Source: Harriotta raleighana
Lineage: Eukaryota
Assembly (NCBI GenBank): GCA_050575255.1
Contig: JBNZDD010013622.1
Coordinates: 1,127,774 to 1,191,773 of the forward strand
Length of the DNA: 64,000 bases
Direction of reading: 5' to 3'
Shown: positions 1 to 14,068 of the stretch, piece after piece
How the letters are laid out: the number at the start of each line of letters is the position of its first letter
Numbering within the stretch: position 1 is the stretch's first letter
The notes under the pieces: model-generated
The model's input: only the letters and a program-made list of their open reading frames with translations
Databases searched by the model: none
What the model was told of the DNA's origin: nothing
Made by a program: the position numbers and the translations under genes

Positions 1-644
1 AGATTTAGTGTTTGAATGTTGCATACAATCCCAGAGTTCGACAATTTCCCATTTCATCATCATCTCCAACAACTTCTGATGGGGGGGGAGGGGGGGGGGC
101 ACAGTGGGTGTGTCTGTGTTTTCAGGGTGGAAGTGTTGCTTGTTTCAAGACAGATTTTTGTGTGAAAATAATATCTGGGGATACAGTATATAGTTTGCGA
201 CACGACACGCTAAATGACAGCTAGGATAGTGAAAGGCGAACCAGATGGACCTTGTTCTTTCGCCAGCAAAATTTATGTCCTTATGTAAAACAGACTCCTC
301 TAGCACAAGTCTGCAGCTCAATAAATCTCAAAAGTCTAAAATACTTGAGCTTCAAACCTACATCCTCATAAAATTAAATTCCAACAGTAACCTGACAGCA
401 AATGCACCATCCCAATCTACCATTACTAAGAGCAAAAACGACGCCCAAAGTAGCTAATCTGTCAGGGCAGTGGAAACAGAAAGAGGGGATGGTTTCCCTT
501 ATTGTCTGTGCTGGATTCATAAGAATGCAATTCACAATTTAGGAATTAAGCAAGACTGTCAAACTTGAGCAATGAGGACTTGAGCCCACAGGAACTTTTA
601 AAGCATTGATTGTAATGCTCTGTTGCTGCAATCATATAGCTTAC

Positions 645-758
645 CTCTAATTCATAAACTTCTTTGCCTTGCGAAATGCCTGTACCATCCCCACTCCCAT
701 CGCTGGAGACCATTGTTCTAAGGCGTGTGATCTCTGTAGCTAAGCGATTATTCAGCTC
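645..758 (-). CDS. MPRIP: MPRIP-like exon (ELNNRLATEITRLRTMVSSDG...QGKEVYELE)
   Basis: Acceptor tcacag|, donor |gtaagc; 114 nt. Confidence 0.92.
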
Positions 759-821
759 CTGTGAAAAACAAACAGAAAAAATCAGGTGCAAATTGTTAGC
801 AAAAAAAAACAGGTTTTTAAA

Positions 822-990
822 CCCATTGTCCCACAAACAGTCATGGAAGTGGGGTTGGGGAGAAAGAGGGGAAAGATGGCAAGGGGAGGGGTCGGGGTAG
901 GGGGAAGGATAACAGGAAAAATCGACTGTATATTTGTGGGCGAAACACAGCAGCCAAATTGCGCACAGCAGTGTTCCACAAATATGGCCA
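822..990 (-). mobile_element. Fragment of a SINE-core/pyrimidine-spacer composite repeat
   Basis: Reverse complement matches the SINE core and spacer sequence at about 61630-61900. Confidence 0.65.
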
Positions 991-1136
991 ATCTGCTCCT
1001 AATTGGGAATTACCCAGTTCAAACCATTCGGGTATTGTTACAGATATTAACTTGCCACATCAACCGAGTATATTACCTGGGATTCTAGTGTCGATCACTG
1101 TAGATTTACAACTGAGTGAATGAAGGTTCCTCATAC

Positions 1137-1296
1137 CTGGTTATGTGCATTCAGTTCCTGGTTTTCACGCTGGCACTGCCGTAGTGCCTGGCGTTCTGCT
1201 TCCAGAGCCTGAGCGAGGTGGGCATTTTCTAAACACTTCTGAGAGTATTGTTCTGACAGTACTTCAATTTCTCGATGCAGCGATGCCAGCTCCTCC
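1137..1296 (-). CDS. MPRIP: MPRIP-like exon (EELASLHREIEVLSEQYSQKCLENAHLAQALEAERQALRQCQRENQELNAHNQ)
   Basis: Acceptor ccacag|, donor |gtatga; 160 nt, phase 2 to 0. Confidence 0.94.
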
Positions 1297-2203
1297 CTGT
1301 GGAACACAATATCCCAATCTCAAAAACGCTGATAAATTATGTCCTACCTCATAAAATTATTCAGTAATCTTCCTTTCCTACATTGAGCATAATTTTATTA
1401 CATGTTTTAGAGACTTTCTGCCGACATAAAACACATGATAGAAGTGCATATTGTTGTGGTACCATTGTGGGAATAAGAATGGACAGAAGTCGGTCACTTA
1501 CTGGTGTTTCAGGCAGAGAATGGTGCTATTTGTGAAGGGGCAGCAATTACACAGAAATCATTTGTTCCGAAGGCAAGATTCTTACAGTCCATTCTCTTCA
1601 CACAAACAAAAAGAGTGAGGTGGGGGAGAAAGCAGTGTTTTCTCCTCTCTGCCAGTGCTATTGTGAAACTGGCGTGCCTGGCAGGGTAATTTTCTCTGCC
1701 TCTGCCACCATATGGTGTCACTTAGCCTCTGCACTTGGTCACCCTTTAATGCAAGCCAGATCCACAAATGGGTTAGTGGAAGATTGCAGGCAGGGCGCAC
1801 AAAAATCATTAAAATATCAATAAGATCTGAGCTGGAACCAGATTCTTCCTCAGTCAGTGAATACAGTGATTTGCTAGAGTATAGCACCATAATGCCCTCA
1901 AACCTCAGGTATCATTAAGTGCGTAACAAGCTACTTGACTGCTGGAAAGTAACAAAGTAACAAAGGGTACCGGTATTCAGCCACACGTTCTCCCAGCCAC
2001 ACACAGACACAAAAATCAATAACTAGCATGCACCAGAAATAAATTGTAATTAAATCAGCTAACTGAGTACAAGGCTGTCAGCAAGGGAACTAGTAACCTT
2101 ATGGGTGTGTAAGACTCAGTTTTATTTTAAACTCGGGCTTTTGCCAGATGTTATCAGGAGCGTTCAGTTTTCATTCGAGTCCATTCCCTTGATCCTCACT
2201 TAC

Positions 2204-2321
2204 TCGTGCTGTTTGCAGATTTCATCCAGATCAGCATTTAAGTTGCTGTTTTGTGATTTCCGCACCTTCTCCAGTTCACGCTCTAGTTCCACGCGATGTG
2301 CATTTTTCATTGCTTCAATGG
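2204..2321 (-). CDS. MPRIP: MPRIP-like exon (AIEAMKNAHRVELERELEK...EICKQH)
   Basis: Acceptor tttaag|, donor |gtaagt; 118 nt, phase 1 to 2. Confidence 0.92.
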
Positions 2322-4752
2322 CTTAAAAAAAAGGAATTGCATCAAAACACTGGATTTCACAGCAGCAGCAAATCAATTAAATAAATGAATTCAACTGTTT
2401 TTGCTCTGGTTTTCCCTCTAGATGGCAGAAGTGCTTGTAATGAAGGGAACCCTACAGTCTAGTGCAAGGAAATTTGAGAAAAAATTTACAGAATTCTCAC
2501 AGCTCTGGTGTAATGTCCCAATGACCCTGCCTGGCCTATATTCAAATGAGTATTTAATCATTGAAGGGTAACATTGCTGCAGACGAATACATTTGGCACT
2601 TCAAACAAGCTTTTGCAATCAGTGTTAGGCTATGTTTATACCACTGAAATCTAAGTGACTGCTGCTACAAGCAAACAGTGATGTGGAGCAATTATTGCTT
2701 CCTGCTACTTTGCATCCGACGTTTAAGAAACAGTTCTGCATGACAAGGGAAAACAAAGTTCCAGGCTGATTAACAAGCCAAAGGCTCTGTTGCTTTGATT
2801 TAACAACAACTTACATTGTATAGCGCCATTCACATCAAGAAAGAGCCTAGCCAAGTCAAAACTGTATATCATCTACAATATCAATATCAGATTGTCAAAG
2901 AAAACATTTGGTTTGGCAGGGGCTGGATATAATCAGATTTAACTGCCCCACACATTTATTTAAAACTTCTATGGTCTTAATATCAATACAAATGTAGCAT
3001 CCATTTACATTTGACTGAGAAGTTAACTATTGTGGAACAATTTGTTTTAAGTCTTACCACACCCCAAAATATCTAACTACTCAATAAAACTAATTCAAGA
3101 GCATTAAAACAAATACTTATTTTCAGATAGCAAAAGCAGTGTTGATATTTGTCTCCAGTTATACATATCCATTTCAAACACAGATAAGCCTTTGCTATGC
3201 AGAAAGATCACTAGGAAAATTGGGCTTCAGAATAATAGCTAGTTAAACTTTAGTGGAACACCATTGAGCACTGCTTCCTCCAAAGCACCCAGGAGAGTTC
3301 TGCAGCTGCAGTCAAACCTAATTATAATGGAGTGGGGACTCGCAAACTAGTTTGTCACCTTATCGAGAACCAAATTCCTGTACTAACCACAATCATGCTT
3401 CCATTGGGACTAGCAAAAAGGGTTTTTATAACCAGAAGCTTGTACAGACTTACTCCACACCATTATTTGCTGAATAACTTTATTAACCACACCCAGAGTG
3501 ATGTTATAGTTTATTTTAAACAAACAGAATTTATAAGTGGTGCTATTCAACCAACTCTGCTCCACATAAACAAAGATCACATGTGAATAGATTATAGCAG
3601 CTATCCATAGAAATATTTGTTAAAATATACCAATTTGCCTTAATGACATATCTGTCCTTTTCAACGCTGTTTCTTTGACCTCAGTGAATAACACTTTTCA
3701 GGCCTATCCACAATACAATTCACACAGACTAACCTTCCCTGCTGATATGGGTAACCGTAATCCAAGTTTCATAACTTGTCTTCATAAAACAGCTTCAAAT
3801 TCAGCCACAGTGTTTTGCCCACATTACTAACATAGTACATACATTTCGTATAGTGCTTTTCGCATCAGGAGGGTGTCTCAAAGAGCTTCACAGGATATAA
3901 TGTAAAGTGGAGTAACCAAGTGTTGTGGGAAAACCTGAGCGGTTTCATCTCTGCAGCCTCTCAAGAGGGCAATTAGTACATATGGAAAGAATACAGAGCC
4001 AAGCCCATTTCAAATCAAGATCTACTTACGTAATTTCTATTTTTGTCATGGAAACTTGTAATGGTTTGATCCAGATTACGAAGAAAAGATTAAATAAATG
4101 CACACAGTAAACCGACTATGCTGAAAAATCACAATCAAATGTGTTAACATCCATCTAATGTTTAATAAGTGGATTGCTTTAGGGAGACATCAGACATGAT
4201 TCTCTGAATTGAATGGTCTTTTTCTGTGCAGTAAATTTATATTGTGCGAAGTACAAACTTTATCAAATAAGCACTAAACTCCCAAAGAATAGTCAGCACA
4301 GCTCTGAGAAAAATGGTGGCACAACTATTCACCATCCACCATGGTGGTTGAACACTGCCCACCAATCCCCTGCCAACATTGCCCCCACCCCATGCCCCAC
4401 ACAAACTCAGTGATTGCAACACTGCTTGATTTTTAATACTGACATGTATTGTAAGTTTTAGATTGTACAGCAATATTAATCATGCCCAAAGATAATTTGG
4501 TTTTCCATTCAAACAAAGGAAATGGTTCATCGGCAAATATATTCTGAACAGAGGCTTGGATACAATGTTGTGATGGAAGAAAATCTGAAATAGATCATTT
4601 ATAATAATCCTTGCATTAAACGTCTCAAAGTGCTTCACTGAATATACTGTAAAGCGAATTGACTATGTTTTATGGGCAAGACTGTTTTATGGGTGAGATA
4701 ATAAGTCCATTGATTAAACACGTCTAACCAGAGACGGTGACTGTGTACATAC

Positions 4753-4900
4753 CAGAGATGGTGGCAGCAGTCTCTTCAGCCAGCAGACGTTCTTTATCTT
4801 CCTGCAGTTTCACCAGCTCTCGCTGATGCTGGCGATGTAGTTCTTCTATTACTTTCTGATGAGAGTCTTCCATAGCAGCAAAGCCACGCTCACATGTAGC
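4753..4900 (-). CDS. MPRIP: MPRIP-like exon ([29 protein letters not shown]...[11 protein letters not shown])
   Basis: Acceptor ttttag|, donor |gtatgt; 148 nt, phase 0 to 1. Confidence 0.93.
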
Positions 4901-6043
4901 CTAAAACATTGCGGAGGGAAGAAGATAATCATTGTCCTATTAACACTCAAATAATTTAACATTCATAACGTCCTGGAGGGTTTTGACAAATGTTCCTAAA
5001 TCAAATCAATTCATAAAAGTTACATTCAAGTGTTTTGCTGTAGCTCCAAATACGAACCATTAATATCCACCTATTTATTACTACCTAATTAAAAAATATA
5101 TTTTATATATTTTAATAAACTATGATCATTCTAGGGGACAGATTAATGTCACACTTTAAAAACACAAGCTCTTTTATTCCTTTTAATGTGAGGATCTGGG
5201 TTCAAATCCAAGCAGATGGGCCAAACATCTGTTTTGTTTGACAGATACTGATGACTACATTTTAATCTGGTCCCAATGGAGATGAGCTCACTACTTAAAA
5301 GGGTCAAAGCACAAAGCGGACACTGACTTATTCCAGAGAGAGAAAAGGCTATGTACATGACACCTTACTAAGATAGCACACCACAGTTCAACTTCAATAA
5401 ATGTCAACTGCACACAGAATTTAAAAAATCATCTTTCGGCCCATTAAAACATTTTTGTAATAGCATCAATTTGAGTACCCACTGGTAAAGGCACACTGCG
5501 TTCAGCGATCACCCAAATAATTAGACTTCCATGCCTGAATAGCATGTTGCTAATGTATAGTGTGTTACAATGCTGTTATGTTATAACATATTTTTGAAAA
5601 TTATTTCTTCATCCATCATGTTTTCAGCAAAGTAATATTTCTAGCTTTACGCTTGAGGAAAAAATATTTTTCTAATTTTATCCTTGATTTTTCATCTGTT
5701 CAGTCTGACAGCCTTTCCTAGCCATGCTAATGTGTCTCCCTGTGTCTAATTGTGAGCAGAGACATCCATATATGTCAGGTCTCCCTCTTCTCCCCAACCC
5801 CCCGGTTCACCCACCTAATATTTTCCCTTTTCCTCTCAAGGGAGGACACCAGACACAGCGGCTTTGCACCTCCCCACTTAATACACCCGAGAGAGATCAG
5901 CATCTCTCCATCTACGCAGCTGGGATTGGGAACATATTCCATTATACAGTTCAATTGCATAACACACTCGAGGTTCATTATACTCCCCAGTGAAGTGAGT
6001 GTCACAGTGATATTTATGACAATGCAACCATTTTAATATAGTA

Positions 6044-6705
6044 TAGTAAATCCTTGTTTATCCGTGACTCGAATAATCGGAAATCCCGTTCAACCGTCAT
6101 CTCAAAAAAAGTCCCGATTCGATTAACCGGAAGTTATCCAGTGATGACGCATTTAATGTCGGAAAGCGGGGGGGGCAATGGAGAGATAAGGGAGAGAGAG
6201 ATGGGGAAAAGCATAATGGAGTAAAAGAGAGAGAGAAAGATGCAGGCAGGTTGATGCAGAGAGAGAGAGAGGGGGTGGGAGGGAGAAAGAGGAAAGGGAG
6301 AGGGGGTAGGGTGAGGGTTGTGGACAGAATTTATATGATGAATTCAGACTGAATATCTTTGAGGGTTTGTTTCTGTGTCTGTCCGTCTGTTTGTGTGTAT
6401 CCATGTGTGTATGTGCTGGCCGCTAGTCAGGTCTAAACTCGCTACTGCTCCTTTTAAAAGTCGCGTTTTGTTTTACCTCCGTCGAATCAGTGCTGCCATT
6501 GCAAAGTATAAATAATAATGTACTAATAGAATATTGTTATTATTTAGTTTATTATTAATATGGTATGTGTTAAAATAATTTTGAATTAAAAAAATATATA
6601 TTTTTTTAAACGTATTTTTTTTTAAAAACTAATTTTTTCAACCAGAAATCCATTTAACCGCCACTGGCCAGGTCCCGTGGGTGCTATATAAACAAGGTTT
6701 TACTG
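6044..6705. mobile_element. Non-autonomous Tc1/mariner(pogo/Tigger-like) MITE, family A, copy 1
   Basis: TIRs (t)AGTAAAtCCTTGTTTAT ... ATAAACAAGGTTTTACTG flanked by TA; internal purine/GT microsatellite; homologous to copies at 43241 and 62271. Confidence 0.85.
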
Positions 6706-8139
6706 TAATAAGATCAGGCAAAATAAGTTTTACCATAAGATACTTTGCATCCTATATAAAATAACTCCTGAGTTAGAAGGCATCATTATTCTTCGTGCAA
6801 ATGTCACTTTTGAATACTGAAATTATTGTGTAAATGGTGTTTTTTAATGCAATGTCCAGCAAATTGACATTCATCAAATTTAGGCTCTTCATGTCATCAA
6901 TTAATCTCAGACTATCCAGTGTAGAGTTAAGTGAAAGCATTTATGATTGGGGTATGGAAGCGGCAGAGCGGTAAAGAAAAAGAAGAGAAATGGTTAATTT
7001 GGAGGCTAATCAGTGTGGAATACCATCAGAAGTGGGATACTGGCAGAATCACTGTAGTTTACAATTGTGTAGATTTACTTCCAAGTACTGCAAATTGCAC
7101 AGCTATATGTCATGGCTATCTATAGAAGAGCAATATACACTTCCAAAATCTGTCATTTCAAACCAGCCTAAAAACCAACTAAAAACATGAGTTACTAAGT
7201 AAAGAATCATTTTCAAAAGATTGAAGCTGGATCTCGTGTTTGACACAAAATTCAACTAATGTATCTAATTCCTTCCCCCCATAGAAACGTTTGCGGATCA
7301 AGCACAGATAGCCTGGCAACACTCATTATTTATACTTATATAAATACATTGGATACGTGAGTGATGTAATGGAAAGCGTTGTCTATTTATGCTTGATAAA
7401 AACACAGCACGACAAAGAGGGCAGCATTTCAGAGGGTGTGAAGAGCAATTTCAAGGTAAATATCAGGAAATATTACTTTACCTAATGACAATCTACGGCT
7501 GGAGTGATAGATGTCAAAACATTTTACCAGTTTAGAAAATACCTCATGTGTATTAAAAAGCTTAAATAGCCCATGAGAATTATATTGGTAAAATAAATAA
7601 ACCCACTTGGGGGGGAAATTAGATTTAAAAAGTTCAATTGAAAACTGATGAGTAACTGATTGCTCTTAAATGGGCATGAAGATGTCTGTTCATATGTACT
7701 GACTTACTATCAAATCAAACCAGCACCCCCCACCCCACCCCATGTCATGTTGTTCAACATTTTTCTTTCATGAACATATTTTTCCACTCATTACCCAAGT
7801 ATCCATGGGCCAATTTCAACCACTTTCAAAAAAAATCATTCACTTCCAGGCTCTCCTCCAAAGCCACTTAGTCATTGGAAATTTTATAAGGGGACTTCAG
7901 ATTCATTTCACCTTGGATTTATACCCTTTACTTAACCAGTTTGAAGATACAGAAAACAGCCAAAATTCAACTCATATCTCCAAAGTATATTTCATTACTG
8001 AGCCACCCCTTTCGCCCTCTACAGAGCTTTGTTGTAATCTGGGTTTACCCTCCTTCTTCATACAGCTCAATGCTGATATAGGACAGAAGGGTGGATATTC
8101 TGAAAGGATGAGAATGAATGGACCAAAGGGACATCTGCT

Positions 8140-8450
8140 GAACATCTCATTTTGAATCAGGTTGAACATCTCATATCTCTGCACCTCAGGCACTGGCATC
8201 ATCATCCTCCACAGATACACACCACCTCACCAAGGCTGTCAGGAACCTAGGTGTCTCCCCCATATCCATGCCATGACCCGCTCTGCCTTCCATCACCTCC
8301 ACAACATTGCCCGACTCCTCCACTACCTCGCCCTCAGGCTGCTGAATCTCTCATTAATGCCTTCAATAGTTCCAGGTTCGATTATGCCAAAGTCTTTCTA
8401 TGGGACATCCTCCCAATGTGAAAGACGCTATACAAATGTAAATGAGTCGT
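8140..8450 (+). mobile_element. Degraded L2 LINE fragment
   Basis: HIHAMTRSAFHHLHNIARL matches the L2 copies at 48.7 kb and 51.5 kb; tail relic gggacatcctccc...tatacaaatgtaa. Confidence 0.7.
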
Positions 8451-10297
8451 CCTGAGAGATATACCACTGCAATAACTGAGGCTACAAAAGTTAACTTAGA
8501 AGTCACTGTCTCAATTCAAGTCCACATTCACAAAATTAAACAGTGGAACATATTGCGTGATCTTGGGTTTCAGACCAAGTTCCTCATAGTGCTATAAACT
8601 CAAAGGCAAATACAACACTTTAATACAGCATCAAACTCAATTGAGAACCACAAAACTGAAATGATGCATTCAGGTGTCAAAGCATCCCGCACTATGTAAC
8701 CTACAGAATATACATCTTTTACAACAACTCAACTTTGGTTTGAATATTTACTGGCAACTAAATATATCTCAAAACAGCTTCTTCCCCAGCCATAAATTGT
8801 TTAAAATTTCATAACAAAAGGCAAACCTACAGATTCTCTCAAAATGTGTTCACTTGTGAAATTTATCAACCATTTGTAAGAGGAAATAATGTTCTGCTAT
8901 CCCTGGTTAGATTTGAACCCAAGTCACCAGAAGGGCAGTAGCACCTCAAAACAAATTACTTGGGATTTATTTGGAGAGTTTATTGACTACTCTGAGCCTA
9001 AAAATGTGTTTGGCCCCTTTGAATAGGTTAATTGCATTAAGTGTATTCACTGCATTATCTGATAAGCAAAATAAATTATTAGTGCCTCTAAAAGATATGC
9101 ATGAAGCCAACTGAAAGAAAGAAAAGGGAAGAGATACATTAGTAGCATAACATCAAGACAAACTGCAAAAGGCAAGGCAGCCCACCTTATTACATCGCTA
9201 CTACAGACTAGAAGTGCACATACTTCTCAAATGCATTCAAACCCACTAAATATATGGTAAGACTAATTTATAAAGTATTATAAAGGGTGAGGCCACTCGA
9301 ATGCTACCCACAACTCAGGACCATGTCACAAGTACATTTTCTATTAATTTTTGACTTTATATTAAACTTTCCTTTCAATAAGAGATCAGAAAGTTACATT
9401 ATGTCAAACTTTTGACATCTTAAGGGGAATCGCATTCACCTGCAAACACAGTCACTCACTTTAGTAATTACTGTGAATGATGTTGGGATATTTCCAAATG
9501 ATAAAGGTGCTATATCAAATGCTAGGATTACACTATTAATTCAGAAATGAGTTTGGCCTGATCACAGGAGCTCAATATATCTAATACTAATAATGTCAAA
9601 TGGAGGCCATAGCAACAGAATATAGCTAGCACTATAATTTCATATAGTATACAGATTTTTAAAGCAATCTTGGCTTCCAGAGTTGCACATGTGGAGCTAT
9701 ATTACTTTTTAAAAGTTAATGCACTACACAGTTCATGTTTGGACTTTACTGCATTTAAGCTTTCCTTCCAACTGATGTGGTACATATTAAATTGCGTGGC
9801 AATTATACAGACATTGTTAAAAATAATTAGCCAGATGTATTAAGTAAATGGGTTGCACTGCATTTGAAAAGATTATTGAAGACCACAGGTAGGCACATAA
9901 AACACACACACAAACACAACAGAAGAGAGAAGAACTGGGCAATTACTGGTATGAACAACTTCAACTCTGATTATAAGATGGCTGGAATGGAATAATTTTT
10001 ACTCAGAATTTAGATGGTCTTGTGCAAGATATTTGTACATTGTAAAAAATGCAAATTGTTCCTTACATTTCAACAAGTATTAGAGATGAGCCATGTTTTT
10101 AGAATTCAGCTTTTCCCAGAATTTGAAAATGTTTCTTTCCCTGACTTTGCCCAGTTCGACAGTACATCATGCAGGTCTACCTTCTACACATTTTGGAGGA
10201 CAGTACAGGACACAAACCCAGCTAATTGCTGGCAGCGAGGTCTAGATCTACAAGCCAACATGCAGTTACTAGCCAGTATTATGAAACACAATGACAC

Positions 10298-13200
10298 CTT
10301 GAGATTCTCCAGGTCTTTATCATATTTCTGGCGCAGAGATGTTGATGTTGCATCATCTTTCAGTTCGTGCTGTTCTATCTCACTTCTCATAGCATCCATC
10401 TGGGACTCAAGTTCTTCGATGCGTACCCGGAGCAGAGTTATGGAACATGGCTCACCTCCCTGTCTTGTAGATGGCTCTTCAGATCTCTTCAGATCACTTA
10501 CAAGGTCTAGTTCTTTCGGATCTCTGCTTTCCTTTAAAATTTCTATTTCTCTTACAGACTCCTCTTTTTCCCGAGAGTGTCTGAGCTCCAATTCCTTCTT
10601 CTCAAATTCTTCTTGCCGGCTCTTCAGCTCCCCAACGTGCTTTTTCTTCAGGTTTTCCATGCAAACCGTTAACGAATCAATTTCCTTCACATTCTCCTCG
10701 GTTTTTAGTCTTAATGTCTCTCCTGCCCTTGCTATCTCCCTTTTCAATTTCTCAACCTCTGCTTCATATGCTTCTCGAACTTCCCTCAGCTCCTTTTTAT
10801 GCCTTGCTGCCATGTCCTGCAATTCAATTGCTTTGTCTAGTGAGTCAATTGGCTCACCCTCAATTTGGATATGAGTGGTGCTGGCACCAACTAATGCACC
10901 TGAAATAGTTACTTTTTGAAGCTCTGTAATATTTCCTCTTAATTTTGTTACCTCAAACTCATGCTCTTGTTTCTGTAGATCTGCTGCACATTTGTTCTGC
11001 AATAAAGCAATAGAGTCTGCATGTTCCCTCTCCTGAGCTTCCAGCCTTTGCTGAATCTCACTACTCTGTGCAAGGTCTTTTTGCAACTGAATCCTTGAGA
11101 TTACGTACGATAATTCAGCTTGCATTACTGCATCTTGAAGGAGGAGAGGCCAGATGTCTTTTGCATCACTATGCCTGCTTAATGCAGGTATAGAGTCCAT
11201 GCTATGAGCTAGTTGCCTAGCCAAGAGGACAAGATCATCATCTGCACCGGACTGAATAGAATGGGAAACGCGTTTCAGTAAACAAGCATTTCCCCGAATG
11301 CGCTGTGCCAATTCAGTCCTAACAGAATGCTCCAGTTCAATTTCCTGACCTGACAAAATAGCCAAGGATGATAGTTTTGGGGATTCGGTACAAGGGGACA
11401 AAAGTGATTCATTCTCTTCGGTTTTACATAATTCACGACCAATTTCCCCTATTAGTGCTTCAAAGCAACAAGTCCCAAAACCCTCTACAACATCCCTAAG
11501 CATCCGTTCATGTTTGGTGTTACTGTCATGTATTTTTTTGTATTTCATTTTCAACTGTTGCAGTTTTTCTTCTGAAAACCCCAAAATATTATGGGCCCAA
11601 AACATCATCTCACCCTTTATTAACATACTGCTTGCCATCATGCTCAAAAAACTGTTTATGGGTTCACCCAAAGGTTCTTCCACATTGGAAGTCTGACTCT
11701 CATACATTTTGGGCAAATTTGCCCAAAAAGTTCCTTCTATCAATACTTTTTTGAGAACAGAATATCCTATTTGGGCATCAACTTCTTCACTGGGCACTGA
11801 AGGCAATTTGATGCTTTCAGAATGTTTTCTAACTTCATGCAAAGTGCTTATTAGATCTGATTCTGAATTCTCTAAAATACTGGCAACTTTGCTAAGTGCT
11901 GCTGCTTCAAGGGACAGTTTGTTTATCAGATACTTCAGCTTTTCCTCTTCAGTTAATGAAACTCTCACTAAAGTATCTTCGCTAATAAATGCTCTATTCT
12001 TCCTGGCTAAATCTGCCTCCATTTGTTGCAGGTATTGTACAGAGCTGCCTAGTACATGTATCAATTCAGACACCTGTTGCCCATGCTGTTCTACTTCCTT
12101 TCCTTGAGCAAGTTTGCCAGCTTTGGATTGTAAACCTTCCAAAACATTACGCAACTGAAGAAGTTTGGCCTCTAGTGCTTGGAACTCAGAGTTGGTGGCC
12201 TGCACTAACATCTTATGCTTGTCTTTGGAACTAGCAACCTGCTCAAAGTGTGAGCATATGGGAGTCTGGTTTCTATCTAATAGCTCTTCTGGATGCACTC
12301 TAGGCTCAGACATTCTTCCATAGTTTTCTGAACTGCATTGCGGACTTGTGGATGTACTTAGAGGATATGACGTTTCAGCTTTCATCTGTTGTTCGGCGAT
12401 CAGCAACTTAGTTTCAAGTGAGTGCATGATTGTAAGGTATTTTTGCAGATCTGCGATAGAACTATCTGCCATTGTTGTCTGACAAGATGGTTCAATGTCC
12501 ATATCGGAAGATGGCATTACTGAAAACCAAATTGGTTCAGTTTGTGTGCCTTGTGAATCGATCAGTGCAGTTAAGTGACTGTCCAAACTCTGAAGTCTTG
12601 CCACTAACTCACTAGAAAGCTGTGCACTGGATTTCACTGAGCTCTGAACCTGTTGTTCAGATACAGCAGCTGAAGAACATGGAATGTTTTCATCGGTTTC
12701 AAGTGTGTTTGTAAGCCTTTGGAGGTTTATCTCTGCTATGTGTTGCTCATGAACCTCCAGCTTTGATTTGAGCTCATTGTTTTGGGAAAGGATATCCCTG
12801 TAATTTCTTTCAGCTACTTTGAGTTTCATGTCCTGTTCAGATAACCTGGACTCTGCATCTTCTAATCTAATCTGTAGCTCTTCCTTTTTCTCTAGGAGCA
12901 GATCTACCTCTGTTGGTACCTGCCAGCCAAGGCCCTTGAGGGTAGCCTCCTTAAGATGAAGCTTCTTTTCAGTTTCCTCCAAGCTGCTGCCCAAAGCTTC
13001 CAGCTTAATTAAGGCCTCGTTCAAGTCCTTGTTTTTCTTTGCAAGCTCTCGTTCATAAGGTTCCTTCACTGCCACCAACTTAAAATGATTTTCAGCTAAT
13101 TCATTTTTCAGAACATTCACCTCTTGAACAGCTTTTTCAAAATCATCATTCAAATCCCTATATCCTTCTCGTTCCTTCACCAATTCCAACTTAAGTCCTT

Positions 13201-14068
13201 CAACTTCTCGGTCGGCTTCAGTTAGCTGGTTAACTATTTCCTGATAGCGTTGAGTCAATCGCCCATTCTCAGTTGACAAAATGTCTAGGTCCTGCGTCAG
13301 TTTCTTTACTGTCCCCTCGCTTATCTCAACATGCTCCTCCATTTGTCTGACTACTTCACTGCTTTTAAAAGAAGTGGCCAGCTTTTCTTTTTGAATTCTC
13401 TGCAATTGAACCTCCAGAATCTGGAGGCGATCTTCATACTCTCTCACCCTCTCCTCAGCATCTCGCACACTGCGTGACAAGAGCTCCTTTTCCTTCTCAT
13501 ATTTCTCTTTAAGACACTCATACTGTTTCTGAAAACGTTCTTCACTCAGAATAACACCTTGTTCACTGCACAGCAGTCTGCTACTGGCATCTTCCAGATG
13601 CTCTTGGAGCCGCTTCACTTCTCGTTGATAGTCTTTCTGAAGAGCCATTTGCCTTTCCAGGTCCCTAAAAGCCTGTGTTTTTTCAAGAAGCAATCCTTCC
13701 ACTTCCCTAAGCTTTTCTTCACTATCTCTCAACTGGTTACTGAACATATTTAACTTGCGCTCATACTCATCAGCCTGCTCCTTGTATTTCTGACGTTCCA
13801 GACGCAGCTCATTTTGAGCTTTGGATAACGACTGTTCATTAATTGCTACCTCAGACAGAGAAATGTCCAGTCTGGCCTGTAAGGTTTGTATTTTTGTCTC
13901 TTGCTGTCTCAGAAGTTCCTTGGCATCCTGGTAGTTCTTTTTAAGGCTCTGAGCGTGTGTATTAGCCACTTCCTGTTTCTGCCGTTGAACTTCCAGCTCA
14001 GCTTGTAGGTCCTGGTTTAGCTTCTGTAGCTGTTGCCAGGCGTTTGAACTTGCCAAAGGTGGCTCCAG
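10298..14068 (-). CDS. MPRIP: MPRIP-like giant coiled-coil exon (3771 nt, 1257 codons), probably alternatively spliced
   Basis: Lies on the 1290-aa ORF; acceptor ttttctaag|CTGGAG, donor AAG|gtgtca; phase 0/0. It resembles the long-isoform exon of vertebrate MPRIP (AWQQLQKLNQDLQAELE, DLNEALIKLEALGSSLEETE, KYDKDLENLK). Confidence 0.88.

Noticed and set aside
10014-10874. 286-aa plus-strand ORF
   Set aside because: Antisense shadow of the Glu/Lys-rich giant exon (Ser/Phe/Leu-rich translation) with no independent gene signals; the same applies to 11709-12107 and 21339-21743.
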